In this document: positions 1-12,860 of the stretch, one piece after another | How the letters are laid out: every line of letters begins with the position of its first letter | Position numbering within the stretch: the first letter of the stretch is position 1 | Assembly: GCF_038025025.1 (NCBI RefSeq) | Contig: NW_027117354.1 | Coordinates: 186,001 to 250,000, forward strand | Direction of reading: 5' to 3' | From: Phyllosticta citribraziliensis | Lineage: Eukaryota | Length of the DNA stretch: 64,000 nt | The notes under the pieces: model-generated | What the model was told of the DNA's origin: nothing | The model's database searches: none | What the model saw: the letters and a program-made list of their open reading frames with translations, nothing else | Program-made: the position numbers and the translations under genes

Positions 1-3000
1 TCCGCTCCTTGTGCATATCGGTCGGCGATGGCGGCAAGTCGTCGACTCGGTCAGGTACGCTTTCCGCAGGCGGGGTTTCTCTTGCCGAAGCTTCCGGGTG
101 GTGTTGTTCTGGTGGTGCCTCAGGCTCCTTTTCGCTTTGGGGTACAGAAACACCCAACGGAGCATCCTCAACTGGTGCAGGGCTAGGCTCTTTTGCGTTG
201 TCGATTGGTAATTCAGCCTCTGAAGTCGGTACTGGCTCCTCTTGAACAGCAGAGCTCATTCCGGGATGCTCTTCGGTCTGGACAGACTGATTCTCTCCAA
301 CGGGTGGTTCTTCAGCAGCGGGCACGTCGGGAGCAGCTTCATCAGAAGCAGGTCCGTCAGACTTTGGAGGGTCTTCAGTATTATCGGAGATGGCCGGTGA
401 GTCTTCGGGAAGGGCAGCATCCTCGATGGCTGTTTTAGGGGCCTTGTCTTTTGTGTCCAGATCTTCTGCATCTTGCTGTTGCTCAGCAATTGGAGCTACC
501 TGGTCACTCGCTTCCTTGACAAGCGCCGCGTCTTGACCAGCGCTCTCGACAGGCGCTGTAGCTGGCGCCTCGTCATGGGAAGTTTCTGCATCTTTACTTT
601 CTGGGCTGGCGGCCTGCTCGACGTCTTTCTCTTGGTCACTCTGGGAGACCTCATTCTCGGGGAGGTCGTTTGCAGCGATCTCAATTTGCTGCTTTTCCGA
701 GTGTGACGGGTCCTCAGAAGCGTCATCCTTCGTTCCCGACATGGCTTCGACACTGGTGGGAGCCTCTTCGCCCTCACTCTGTGGCGTGGACGTTGGGTCC
801 TCAGTCTCGGGCTCGCCAGGTACCTCTCCAGCTTCTTGGTCCACGTTATTGTCGCCAATTGTCAATTGCTGATGAGCCGTAGCATCGGACTTTCCAGACC
901 CTTGATCTGTAGTGCCGTCGTTTGCTCCATCCGAGTGCTCTGTCAGCGCAGTGTCTTCGCTACCGCCTTGGTCAAGGGACTCGCTGTCCTTTGGATCCGA
1001 CTCAGTGGTGGGCGAGCTCTCTTGCTCGTCACTGGGAGCGGCTTCGGGAGAATTTTCTCCGGCAACGCCTCCAGAGACTGGATCGCTGACCCCATGTCTT
1101 TCCGATTCGGGTGGATTGGTCGTAGTCTCACCGGCGGGAGGGCTTTTGCCTGAGTCCTGGGCAATGGACTGGGAGTCGCCTTCAGTTCCATTGCTTGTCT
1201 CTTGCGAGATCTCTTCCTTTTCGGTCGATTCGTTTACAGTCTCGCTCGACTCTTCGGGTACGACTTGTGTCTCTCCAGGCGTGGCCTCCTGACCTTCGAC
1301 CGAATCAACATCTTCCAGTTTTCCGTCATCGTCAGCAGTATTCGACTCCGCGACACTCTGTTCTGACGGTGAGGCCTCGGGCTCAGCGGAGTCGCCTTCA
1401 AGCGACATTGGCTTCTCATTTGTAGCAGCTGAGCAATCTTGTACAGCAGAATCAACTGCGTCGTCCCCAGCTTTTGACTCGGACGACTCCTTGCCACCTA
1501 CTGCACAGTTGGGAGCAGATTCGCCTTGAGTTTCGGCCTCGTCCTCATTTGGAGGCGAATCCGCTGAAGACGACAGCACGGTTTGACTTTCTAAGCCATC
1601 CGCCGCAGCATCATCGCCTCCAGATTCACTGGCAGACTCGTCCTCGCCTCCAACCGCCGCCGCCATGCTGCTGGCCACAGACATGGCGTCGTCCGTGTCG
1701 TCCAAATCGCTATCCTCTTCGTCCGAAATGTCCGAGTCCAGGTCTTGCGGCGAGGGTGATTGTCCTTCGGATTTGGCATCCGGAATGTTCGAGGACTCAC
1801 TGTCATGGACGATGTTGTTCTCGTCGTGACTTTCCGCTTCTCCTGCAGACGATGGATCATCAGAGCTACTTTGCCGATCCGCATCGATCTTTTCTGCTGT
1901 CTTATCTTGCATTACAGGCTCAAGAGGATCTTTGGCTGACTCGTCGTCTTTGTGCGCCGGGCTCGTGTTTTCTGGAATCGAGTCATCAGTGGGTTGATTC
2001 TGAGTCTCCAACCCAGAAACATCAGCTTGGTTGTCGTCTTGCTTCTCCGGGCTCGCGTTTTCCAGAGACGGTTCAGGCGGGGTGTCTTGATGAGCTGATG
2101 CAATGTCTTGTTCAGGCTCCGCATCATCATCGTCTGACGGCTCGGTATCTTCTGAGGAATCATCCTGCTCAATATCCTTGGCCTCTGTGGAATAGGACGC
2201 TTGAGCGTCGTCTCTCGCACTTTCGACGGATTTCGTACCATTATCGTTAGTGACGGAGTCGTCTGCCTCCATTTGAGCGTCTGGCTGCCCGTCGCTGCCA
2301 TTGCTGTCCTCTTGGCCGCTGGCCTCGGGCTGTTGTTCAACAGACTCACCCTTGCCGTCACCCTGGGCTTGAGACTCGGGTTTGGGCTCAGGCTCAGGCT
2401 CAGGCTCGGGCTCAGGCTCGGGCTCCGGTGGTGGCGGAGGTGTCGGATTCATAATCGCCTCCATGATCCTATAATCTGCCTCCGTATATTGCGGCTCCTC
2501 CTCCTCAGGCATCGGTTCTTCCTGAAGCTCACTTGAGGGCGCTTTGGCAGGAGGCTGTGGGTCTTCTTGAGGTTCTTGAATTGACTCCGGCTCCTTCACC
2601 GACTCGGAAGCTGGCTCTTCTGATGAGCTAGGTAGGTTTTCCGGTTCCTTGGCTGGAGGGGTAGCCTGCTGCTGCTCTGGTGAAGAAGTGGTGTCGTCAC
2701 TGGCATCGACTGTTTCTGGAACGGTTTCGTTGGAGTTTGCTTCTGCGGGTAGTGATGGGGCTGGATTGGCTTGGCCCAGTTCATTGTCGGTGGGTGTCTG
2801 GTGGTCTTCGGGACTGCTCTTTACTTTGGGCTCGTCTGGTCCAGGACTTTGTTCTATACTGTCCTTCGGCTCATCTTTCGGAGAGTTGTCCGCATCTCCA
2901 GGATCATCGCTCTTTTCCGCGGCTGCCGGCTCACTGTCCGCATTCTCATCCTCGGTGGCTGCTGCAGGCGCCGAGTCAACGTCTTCTGGCGCTGCCTGTG

Positions 3001-6000
3001 GACTTGCATCTTGTTGAGCATCAGGCTCAATTGACGAGAGATCCATCGACGTTTCGGTTGACTCGGGTGCGTTGGCGTCGTCGCTCTTGTCTTCTTGCGG
3101 GCTTGGGTCGACCGGGGAGTCACCAGATTCTACGGGCGCCTCTGTTGACTGAGATTCGATGGCAGAATCGTCGATCTTTTCCTGCAGCTGGTCATGTTCA
3201 GCACTCACCACCTCGTTGGCCTCGGCAGGTGCCTCCGCAGAATTCGTTTCATTGGGTGCACTTTCTACGCCTTCGGGATCCTCACTGAGTTCTTGCGAAG
3301 CGTTTGGAATATCGGCATCCTCAGCTGTGCCGGACGTTTCAGGTGGGCTTGAAGTCGATTCATCTTGTGCGGCATCAGGTGAACTTGCGCTTTGCTTATC
3401 GTCATCAACAATTGGTGTGTTGGCGTCGACAACCTCGTCGCTGGCGTCTGGGCTACTTGACGACTCCTGCGCCTTTTCATCTTGCAAGTGTCCGTCTTGA
3501 GATTCGCTGGCTTCGTCTACAACTTGGGATTCGGCAGCTTTCTCTTGGCTCTCGTCTTGTTCATCACCGGTGCTGCCGTCTTTCGAAGCGTCACCTTCGG
3601 GTGATTCGTCGCTGGCTTCAGTGGACTTCGACTCCTCCGGTGCGTCTTGACCCCCAGAACTGCTCTCTTTCACGTCTTGGGGCGTCTCCAGAGCTTCGTG
3701 AGTTTCGTTACTCGATCCACTTTCATCCTCGCTGGATTCATCGGTTGATTCATGTTCCACATCCTTGTCCTGGCTAGTTTCATCTGCACCTGACGCATCT
3801 GCGTGGTTTTGGGATGTTCCTTCCACATTTTCCGTCTGCTCAATCTTGGTTTCTGGCGCCGCTTCGTCCGCATCCACTTGACGGCTTTCCTCAAGCGAAG
3901 GGGCATCGGGAGCAGCCGGGGGGATGGTCCCATCGTGTCCACTTTCATTCGACTCAGCGGTCTGGTCGGAGTCATCGGGCGGTGGTTGTTTCGCCTCAAG
4001 GCTTCCTTGATCCACTGCTTGGCTCTCTGTATCGTCTGCGGGATGAGCTAGAGTATTCAAAGCCCCTGAATTATCATGTCCGCTCTGCTCTAAGTCGGGG
4101 TCACTAGTTGCGTCGTTTGTATCACGCTGCTCCAACTCTCCCTGTACTGGGGCAGAATCGCCATCTTTTTCGTCGGATTCGGTGGAATTTCCCTCTTCGA
4201 CTGGAGATGTCTGGCTTTCTGCGCAAGGAGCCTCGGGAGCAGGCGGTTGCGAAGAGCACTCGTCATCCTGACGGTCTGACTCATCGTTTTCGTCAAACCC
4301 ATCGGCAGAAGGCTGTTCTGAAATATCTCCTGGTGGCAACGAAGAAACGTCATTCTCGTCTAAATGACTCTGGTCGTCGATTCCAAGAACGTCTGGCGCT
4401 GGTGGTGGCACGAAATGGTCTCCATTCTGTTCGAAATGAAGTTGACCTTTGTCATCGTCCGATGGATAGTCATCGACTTCTTGCAGTGGCAATGCAGGGC
4501 TGGTAGCATCTTGGCTGTCGTTCGATTCCGGAGACGCCTCATCAAATGCAGGATTCTCTGGATCACCTAAGGGCGCAAGTTGGTTACAAGCGCCCTCCAC
4601 GTGTTCTGGACCTGGTGCATCACTGTCCGGAAGAGCTTGTTCTGGGACTACGCTCGAATCGGATGATTGTTCGTTTGGCGTCTCTGTCTCATCGTCTCCG
4701 GCTTGGTCGGAACTATCATGTGCACTCGGCAAATCGACTGGATTTTCGTGATGTTCAGAAACAATGTCCTCAGCACCTCCAACTGCGTCTTCACCACTTT
4801 GCGGCAAAACGTCGGACTGCGGAGTTTCGTGGTCGCCCGAATGATCCGACTGGTCGTTTGAGATATCTACGTTGTCGTGGCTGGGAGGCCCTGTCAGGAT
4901 ATCTGCACAATCAGGGCAGTCGGCGTGGAGTCCACCCTCATCTTGACTTTCTGCGGGTTCTGCAGATGAAGAGTCTTCACCAATGGTCTGTTCTTGATGC
5001 AGGACAGCGGCAGTATTTATTTCTTGCTCTTCGTTTGTGTCGCATGCGAGGTCCTGCAGGTCGTGACCACTCTCTTCAACAGTTGGCGTCACTGTTGGTG
5101 AATCCCGGGGGAGATTTTCAGCAGCCTCTGTCTCAACACTCGGTTCTTCAGAGTCTTTCCCACTATCATCAGGTTGTTCTGGTGGGCTTGTGTCTTCCAT
5201 CTTTGGACCCTCATCTGGAAGCTCGACATGCGACTGGGCAGGTTTCTCCATATTTTCACTCTGTCCTTCGGCTCCGGTTGAACCAGCTCCAACACTTTCA
5301 ATCACGGCCTCTGAGATTCCTGCCGCCTCAACACTTTCCACTTCTAAAACCTGATTCTCCAATCGACCTGGCTCGTCTTGGAATGGCTCCTCTGGGCTTG
5401 GCTCATCTTGACCTGGCTCGTCTTGACTTGGCTCTTCTTGACTTGGCTCGTCTTGGCCTGGCTCGTCTCCATGTGGCTCTTGACCTGACTCCTGACCCAA
5501 GCTCTCATGCTGGTCTGCGTCCGAATCGGGCGGACTTTCTGAACCTTGGGCGACAGTACAATCGTCGGGATTGAGTTCCGCTTGCGTTTCTTCGACTGCC
5601 TCAAGACTCGTTTCTGCAGGCGCATCAATTCGCTCGTCAGCTGGGTCAGCATCATGACACGCAGAAATATCAGATGGGGGAGGAACTTGAGCACTCTCTT
5701 CGTGGGCATCGCTGGGCAAAACAGACTTCGTAACTTCTTCTGATGCGGATGGTGGGTCGGGAGCTGGTGGCGGGACGCCATCCTCTGCTGCCACGTCTCC
5801 ATCGCCGCTGTTGGAGTCCTTGGCTTTGGGCTTTTTGAGAGCCGACTTTTTGGCTGTGAGCTTCTTTCTCGCTTCGTCGGCTTTCTTCTTCGCCTCCTCC
5901 TTCTTGGTCTCAAGCTCCTTCTTCTTCTTTGCTTCTTCGGCCTTTTTCTTCTTCAACTCCTCGGCCTTTTTTGCCTTTTCGGCCTCGAGCTCCTTTTTCT

Positions 6001-7078
6001 TCTTCGCTTCTTCAGCTTTCTTCTTGGCTTTAATGGCGTCTTCCTCGGCCTTTTTCTTGGCTTTTTCGGCGTCCTCTTCCCTCTTCTTCTTGGCTTTTTC
6101 TGCAGCCTCCTTCTTTTGCTGCAAGTCCAACTCCTTCTTCTTCTTGGCTGCTTCCATCCACTTGAGTGCTTGTTGTTTTGCAGCCTCTCGCCTCTTTTCG
6201 TGGTCTTGTCGTCGCTTTTCTTGTTGCTCTTTCCAGGTCAATCCTTTATGTTCACGCTTCTGGACCAGGGGAATAATGGGCTTGGGTGGTTCTTTTAGAT
6301 TCGACAAGGAAGCCTTTCGATTCAAAACTTTTTTGCCATTTCTAATTGACGTGCCCTTGGGATCCTCGAGTCCTTCTGGAAAGTGGACGCTCTTGCCACT
6401 GCTTGGAGAGGATGGGACGGTGATGCCTGGAGGAAGTTGGCCGGTTGTAATGACAATGGGTGCGACTGGAGGTGGCACGACCACGTCATTAGTAGGAGGT
6501 GCCGGAGCAGGGGGCGGTGGTGGCGGAACAGCTTCAGAAGGTCCAGATTCAGGCTCATCCTGGTCGAGGAAATGTGGGTTAGCATGGAATGAATCCTCAT
6601 CGACATATTCCATGCCGCTACTTGCATCTGTCTGGGTCAGCAAGACTGCAAGCGAATGGACAGCACTGCAGCGTATACAACACACATTCTTCATCTTGTT
6701 CCTCTTCTTCCTCCTGATAATCCCAGGCACTGTAACCGTAGGCAGGCCTTGCGCTTTGCTGATTTTGATATCGAAGCGAGCTTTGCCATGGGTTTTGCCA
6801 AGTAGAGTAAGACACTCGACTGAGATCTACTCTAACTTTGGGCTGAGGTGCGGGTTGGGCGTAAGGCTGGTAATGCAACATGGCAGACTGCTGAGGCTGC
6901 TGAGGCTGCTGCGGTGGAGGTGGAGGTGGAGGTTGATCGGCTAGGTATTCGGGCTCGTCGTAATACCAATCATCATCTTCGTCTGGATGAGGGGCGTGAT
7001 GAAAGCCGTTCCACTGATCGGAGGCTGACGAATTGAATTAGACAAGATGAATAGGTCAGCTAGAACGAGCCTACCCAT
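1..7078 (-). CDS. Giant low-complexity acidic (E/D/A/P/S-rich) protein, >2300 aa, with an N-terminal Pro/Gln-rich region and a K/A/E coiled coil; 3' end lies outside the window
   Basis: ATG at 7078 (atcATGg). Introns 7025-7074 and 6628-6685 give MASDQWNGFHHAPHPDEDDDWYY...PPPPPAPAPP...EAAEKAKKKREEDAEKAKKKAEE..., and the same frame reads ...DLPPSPTDMHKER at position 1. The ORF track reports no ORF in this frame over 1-6627, consistent with one stop-free exon running off the edge. Confidence 0.85.
2366..2427 (-). repeat. 6-bp tandem repeat encoding an (EP)n tract in the giant protein
   Basis: Plus strand reads ...ggctcaggctcaggctcaggctcgggctcaggctcgggctcc, i.e. GAG CCY repeats on the minus strand. 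Confidence 0.85.
5365..5470 (-). repeat. 15-bp coding minisatellite, about 7 copies of the pentapeptide Q-D/E-E-P-G/S
   Basis: Repeated (c/t)tggctcgtcttg-like units; translation GDEPGQDEPSQEEPSQDEPGQDEPSPEEPFQDEPG. Confidence 0.85.
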
Positions 7079-8642
7079 GATGTCTATATGTGTTGTCGGG
7101 CATCAATGACGGGCAAATAGGAGCAAAAGACGTTGCGGTTCGCGACTGAAGCAGGCAAATGATCCTCGGGAGTGCCCTCGGAGATGGAAAGAGTCGTGGC
7201 TCGAGAGCTTGACGAAGCAAAGGCATACGCAGTCAGCGTGGCTCCTGCAAGAGTCTTGAAGGGTGATGGAGAGAGGTTGGCAAAAGGCGGCTCATTGACA
7301 GCTGCAGAGATGCCGGGAGGTTGAGCATGACGGAAGTCGGAGCCAAGGCAGTGGAGCCACGTCGAGTCGTTACAAGCAGTTTGTACGGAATACCTCGAGG
7401 CGCATATGCAGGCCCCGGTCGACACGAACCAATTGGCTGCATTTGCCTCATTTTGGACCACCCGGTCGGCGCCCGAGAAGCCTGCAACGTGAGGCATGGG
7501 CTCAACTATCGCGAGCCGGCAATTTCTTGGTGTTGACCATCCATCGCTTGACACGCACCGACTCTTCTCCACTCTGATCAGCGCTCGACTTCGGCTCGGA
7601 CGATCCTCCACAACGAACAAAGCAGCCGTCACATGCACGGCCATTGACGCCGTGGACGAAATGCGGACCGGCGAGAATGCCGGCTGGTCAGTAAGCATTG
7701 TATCACTCGGTCGGGTGTTTGTCTAGGCCTGACGTGTACGACATGGTGTTGACCCCACGCTGTACCTGCCGGCGATTGTGGTAAGGGCGGTTGTGCCAGC
7801 AGATAAAAATAGGCCGACTCGACATTGAGGTGTTTGGACTCATGGCTTTAAGGGTTGAATTCTGCTGTTCCGCGGGTTTTGCTGTCTACGTCGTTTGTCG
7901 AGGTTTCGAGCAAGTAGTGGTTACCCAGCTGGAATCATCTCGTGCAAATAGGCTACGTAGCCCGAAATCCAGGTACAGCACCTGGAATGCACTGGCTTTG
8001 TGAGGTAGAAATCGCTGTTCCATCCAGTCTTCTGCGTTTGGCCTTGTCGAGCATCCCGTCCGTCGAATGGTCAAGCAGCTGCAGTTTCACCACGTCTTCT
8101 GGGCCCTGGAGGTGGAAAAGACGGATCAATGGACGAGCGGTCTAGAGATAGGGGTTGTGCATGCACTTGATCCAGACCAACTTGCCAAAATAGGCATCGC
8201 ATTGTTGAGAGCGGCGAGCGGCGATTCGTGACGTCGAAAGGACATATGAGATTCTTTTCTCCGCGGTGGCGACATTGTGGGTCAAAGGTTTGTCAGCTCA
8301 ACATCAATGCGACGAGAAGACGGTGCGATTCGTGGAACGGACAAGTCGAGAGCCCAAAAGGGTGTTGTTGAAGGGACCTGAGCCTCGGCCCACGGAATCC
8401 CTGCGGGCCGACGCCGGACTTGCAACCCTTCTCAACACCAACTCCACTCATCACCACCAATACGGCAATTCCCAAACCACCCTGCGACCCGTTCTGTGCG
8501 CCCGTCTTCACACCCACCATGCGATCCTTCCGTACGACTCTTCACGCTATGGCTCTTTCAGGTTGCCTCCGTCGCGCCCTCCTACAAAGAGGCAGCGAAG
8601 CCATGCCGCGGCTATGCTATCCTCAAAGCCTCCATTCCAAAC

Positions 8643-9738
8643 ATGTCTGTCCCTACCTCGACTCGCCAATGGGTTCTCTCCAGGCATCCCACCGGCCTGC
8701 CTGTCCTTGATGGTCCCGAGCCCACCTTCTCCCTCCAAACCGTCGACCTTCCCCCTGTCGGAGACAATCAGGTGCTCGTCCGCACGCGATACTTTTCCAA
8801 CGACCCTGCTCAGCGAGGCTGGATCGGCAATGTCAAGCCTGAGCGCATGTACATTGCTCCTGTCAAGCTTGGCGAGTTCATGAAGTCTGGCGGTATCGCC
8901 GAAATCGTCGAGAGCAAGGCTGCTGGCTTTGAAAAGGGCAAGCTCGTCACCGCGTTTGCTCTTGGTTGGAGAGAGTACGCCGTGCTCGACGCCAAGGACC
9001 TGTCCCTTGTCCCCGAGGTCGAGGGCATCAAGGAGACTCAGTACCTTGGAGCGCTTGGATTCACCGGTCTTACTGGATACTACGGCATCAAGGAGATTGC
9101 CGAGGCAAAGCCTGAACATGTCGTGGTTGTGAGCGGTGCTGCTGGAGCAACTGGCAGCATGGTCGTACAGGTTAGCTCAGCTCTCAGACAAATGGACGAA
9201 GCTAACCTTTCAGATTGCCAAAAAACTCATTGGCTGCAAAAAGGTCATTGGTATCGCCGGCGGCGACAGCAAATGTGCCTGGGTAAAGTCCCTCGGCGCC
9301 GACGAATGCCTCAACTACAAATCCCCTACCTTCCGCAAAGACCTCAAGGCCGCGACCCCCGACTACGCCGATGTCTACTTTGACAACGTTGGAGGCGAGA
9401 TTTTGGACATGACGCTTCCCCGGATGAAGCAAGGTGGTGTCGTCGCAGTTTGTGGCGCCATTTCTGCCTACAACTCGACAGAAGGTCAATTGCTGAGGAA
9501 CTGGTTCGAGGTCATTAGCATGAGGCTTCAAATCAAGGGCTTCATCCTGCTCGACTTTTTGGCCCAGGGCAAAGCCAAGGACACAGTAATGGAGCTGGCC
9601 ACCGCGGCAAAGCAAGGAAAACTCACAATCGGCGACGAGAACGAGACGGTTGTTGAAGCCAAGTTTGAGGACGTGCCAAAGACTTGGCTCACGCTGTTTG
9701 AGGGCGGCAACACGGGCAAGCTCGTGACGAAGCTATGA
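8643..9738 (+). CDS. NADP-dependent oxidoreductase, MDR superfamily (prostaglandin reductase / leukotriene B4 dehydrogenase / CurA-like)
   Basis: MSVPTSTRQWVLSRHPTGLP..., YFSNDPAQRGW, YLGALGFTGLTGYYG, VVSGAAGATGS nucleotide-binding motif, YFDNVGGEILD, CGAISAYN, C-terminal GGNTGKLV. Intron 9171-9213 joins the two ORF-track pieces. Confidence 0.93.
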
Positions 9739-10585
9739 AATCAAGTCGTCTGCGACTCGTCGCTCATCTGAATCGAAATTGCATGCTGCCCAACGTTGAA
9801 AGTTTCGTCAACGCACGTATCAGCTCCTGACAATCAAGCTCGTGTGTGCCAGAAGCACGTGCGTTCCATCTCATACCGCGTCGCAGTCGCTGTGTGACCT
9901 GCGGGAAAAGAAATGTCGGATGAAAATATTGACTGCCAATCAAGCAGACGTAACCATGGCTGTCCGACATGAAGGATCCCATGACCATTCACCGGGCGAT
10001 GAGATATTGCACAGCTACGACGCACCGGCCCGCTGCGGCCTTGTGTGTCTTGTCCGAAATAGTCGAGCAAGCGCCAATGCTTATGATGCATCATATAACA
10101 ACGGAGCTCATTCTGCCCAGGCGTGTTTGATGTGCTTTCGTGTCAGGCACAGGTTGATAAAAACCAGGGAAGCCAGTCTCCCGACAAAGAGGAACCTCTG
10201 CACCTGCATCACAGACCAGCTCGCTGGACAACAGGCTTCAGTTGGATGACTCTGAAGCGAGTTGACAACAGCGATTGACACCAACGATCGACAGGCAGCG
10301 CTCCGGACATTCAATACAAAAGAATCATCACGCCAGCGTCCACGACTCCTCCCTCTCGCTACGATCGCCTTATCTCACGATTCCGCCCGGAACCTAAACG
10401 GCTACGCTCCGAACTCTAAAACCTTTGGGAACAAAACTTCCCAATAAAGTAACGCGTGCGACTAAAAAAGCCTCACCACTCGCAACACCTCTTATACCTT
10501 GGAAACCAGCTCAATTCGTCTGTCGATCCTCCACTGGCGATCCCACTCGCATCCATTCGCTTCATCACTCGCTTCATTCACCGCC

Positions 10586-10777
10586 ATGTGCGAAGAAACC
10601 AAAGTCTATTACTCGTGCGGCCACTCGGGCGGTACACGCCAACGCTGGTGTACCCCAATTCGCAATCGCAAGGGGTTTTGCCTCGGAGTCAGCGTGGACA
10701 AGACGACCATCCCCCAAAAATGTGCCTCTTGCAAGCGCGCAGAGGATTGGGCCAAGTCGCAGCGAGGCCAGAGGTAA
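10586..10777 (+). CDS. Small (63 aa) Cys-rich putative zinc-binding protein
   Basis: ccgccATG context; MCEETKVYYSCGHSGG...WC...FC...KCASCKRAE. The MC-x6-8-CGH...CxxC pattern is typical of small Pezizomycotina hypothetical proteins. Confidence 0.65.
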   Translation: MCEETKVYYSCGHSGGTRQRWCTPIRNRKGFCLGVSVDKTTIPQKCASCKRAEDWAKSQRGQR

Positions 10778-12860
10778 TTACCATTCAAATTCCCGCGAAC
10801 CATTCTGACTCTGGCTAGTGCGCAAAGCGTTGCCTTGTAATCGTTCTGGCGTTGGCACTGGAGTCAAAAGTTGTTCGAAAGCGGACTTGGAGTTTCACTG
10901 GAGTTTCTGGATTTCGAGAAGCGGCAACGGCCTGCCTCTGGATATGATTATGATACCCCTCCTTTGACGGCCAAAAATAATACGGTCTGGATTGCAGACA
11001 TTCACGATGGTGGGCTTCTTGATGGACGAGGCGATACTTGTCTCTTTAATTTCTTACTATTAATGGGTAATATTATTCTGGCGTCTCAATCTTCAAGCAA
11101 GCCAATCATCACATGTCGACATCTGTACACTGTCAGCAGTATCACCTCCACACCCTGCTCTCAGCTCATCAACACCCCTTTCATCAACAGGGAGCATCCC
11201 ACCATGCCAATGTGGCGCTCGTACCGTGCAAATAGGGCCACGACATCCTCGGCTCGATCCAAGCACTACACTGCGGCTACCCGACGGGTGTGGCGCTCTG
11301 AATCTGTAGCTGTACCCTGAACAGATTCAACCATTCCATTGTGCAACGGCGGCAAGAGTGTCGATTACACGCGACATTTCCGCAGCTTGAACCGCGTCTA
11401 GCCTCCTGTTGCACCACTCTCTTCATGCGTCAAATGCAACGCGGTCTAGAGCCGTCGACGCAGGGAATATACGCGCCATACGGTTCGGATGATTGGCGGT
11501 GAGGCTGAGCGGCGTGCGTGTGCGGCTGTGTTGGGCGGAGCAGGGACAACGCTGCGTCGCTGAGTAGTGGAGCCGCATCAGCTGCTGCCGCTGCGTTCCG
11601 TCCCGCTGCGGCTAGCTGGGAGATTTGACTCGATACTGAAATAGAAGGGCAGGCGGCGCGGAGGCGGCTACGTTGCCTGTTCTGTGGACACGATCGATTC
11701 GGCCTGAGGTCATGCGGTGACGGTGCCGGAGTTGAGGCCAAGAAGTGGACGTCGGATGCCTGGATCTGGAGGCTTCATTGTTTTCGACAACGCGTTTGCG
11801 GCTTGCAGAGTCTGCCAGGCTTTGATCCAGTTTCCATCGCCGCTGCGGACAATCAACCCTCAAACGTCAACCTGTGCATCGATCAATCCATGCACCTGCG
11901 CCGTCTCGGGATAAATCTTGTTCCTCCGCTGCGTAGCCTCGTTGGGTCTTGTCCTCGCTTTCCTCCTTCATGAAACCGTTCCTGCGTATGTATTCAACCT
12001 TCTGTCGACGCAGCGTCCTGCAGGACCCTGATGCTCGGTACGGCCCGCACCGCTGCATCTTCTGACGCAGGCTGCCCTGCTGGCAGATGTCTTCTCTCTG
12101 ATGTACAAGTTGTTGTTCTTGTATCGTCGTATAATCGAAGAGCTTGGAATGTCGGGCGTCATGCCACGGGCAAAAAGTCTTGCGACCTAGAGACTTCCGG
12201 CGGCAGACAGAAGCTCAAATCGTGGCATATCATTCATACATCTCTTTTGTGGGCTTGAGATGGCTTACGGTCCATGGAACGAGCATTCCTACGTCAGTGG
12301 CTGATGAATGTGACCATGGCTCTGTCGCTTGTGACGCTAGCCGCATCTGGAAATTTCTTTAACCTCAACTCTTCTCATTCGATTGTTCTCTTGCAGAAAT
12401 CGACACCCGTGGGCAGTATGGCCTCTGATTCTCTTCATAAATATTTCGCTCGAGATGTCCTGCTTCTGGAAGGGAGAGAGATCGTGTTTCCACCAGACAT
12501 GCTGGTCGATTTCTATGCGGCCTTGTTTTGCTTGGAAGTTTTGGGAGTATGCTTCCTTGTGAGAACTTGTTTCTAGACTATGTTTCCCTACTAGGTGTTG
12601 TTTCCTTCTGAACATCCAGCAAAGGTTCATAAGAGGGCAGCGCTTGGTGAGCTCAGAACAGCGCAGTGTTGACAGCTCTCACACCTCACTCGGACTCCTG
12701 CTAAGCGGTCCATATCCGCACAAAACCCCCAGCCGCGTAAATATTGGGACAGACACCGGCCGCACTCCTCAGCCGCGACACCTCCACGATCACACCCTCA
12801 GCAAGCCGCAACCAAGCCGCACACACCACCGAGCCACGATTACATCGTCAACCAGCCGCA

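Noticed and set aside
9..6944. Many long plus-strand and alternate-frame ORFs (e.g. 4546-5574, 5811-6944)
   Set aside because: Antisense or off-frame shadows of the giant low-complexity minus-strand CDS.
7084..8520. ORFs of 60-205 aa between the giant gene and the oxidoreductase
   Set aside because: No recognisable motifs or codon bias; more likely divergent promoter and UTR sequence.
10871..12630. Scattered short ORFs, possible gene relic
   Set aside because: No consistent frame, splice pattern or family motif could be assembled.
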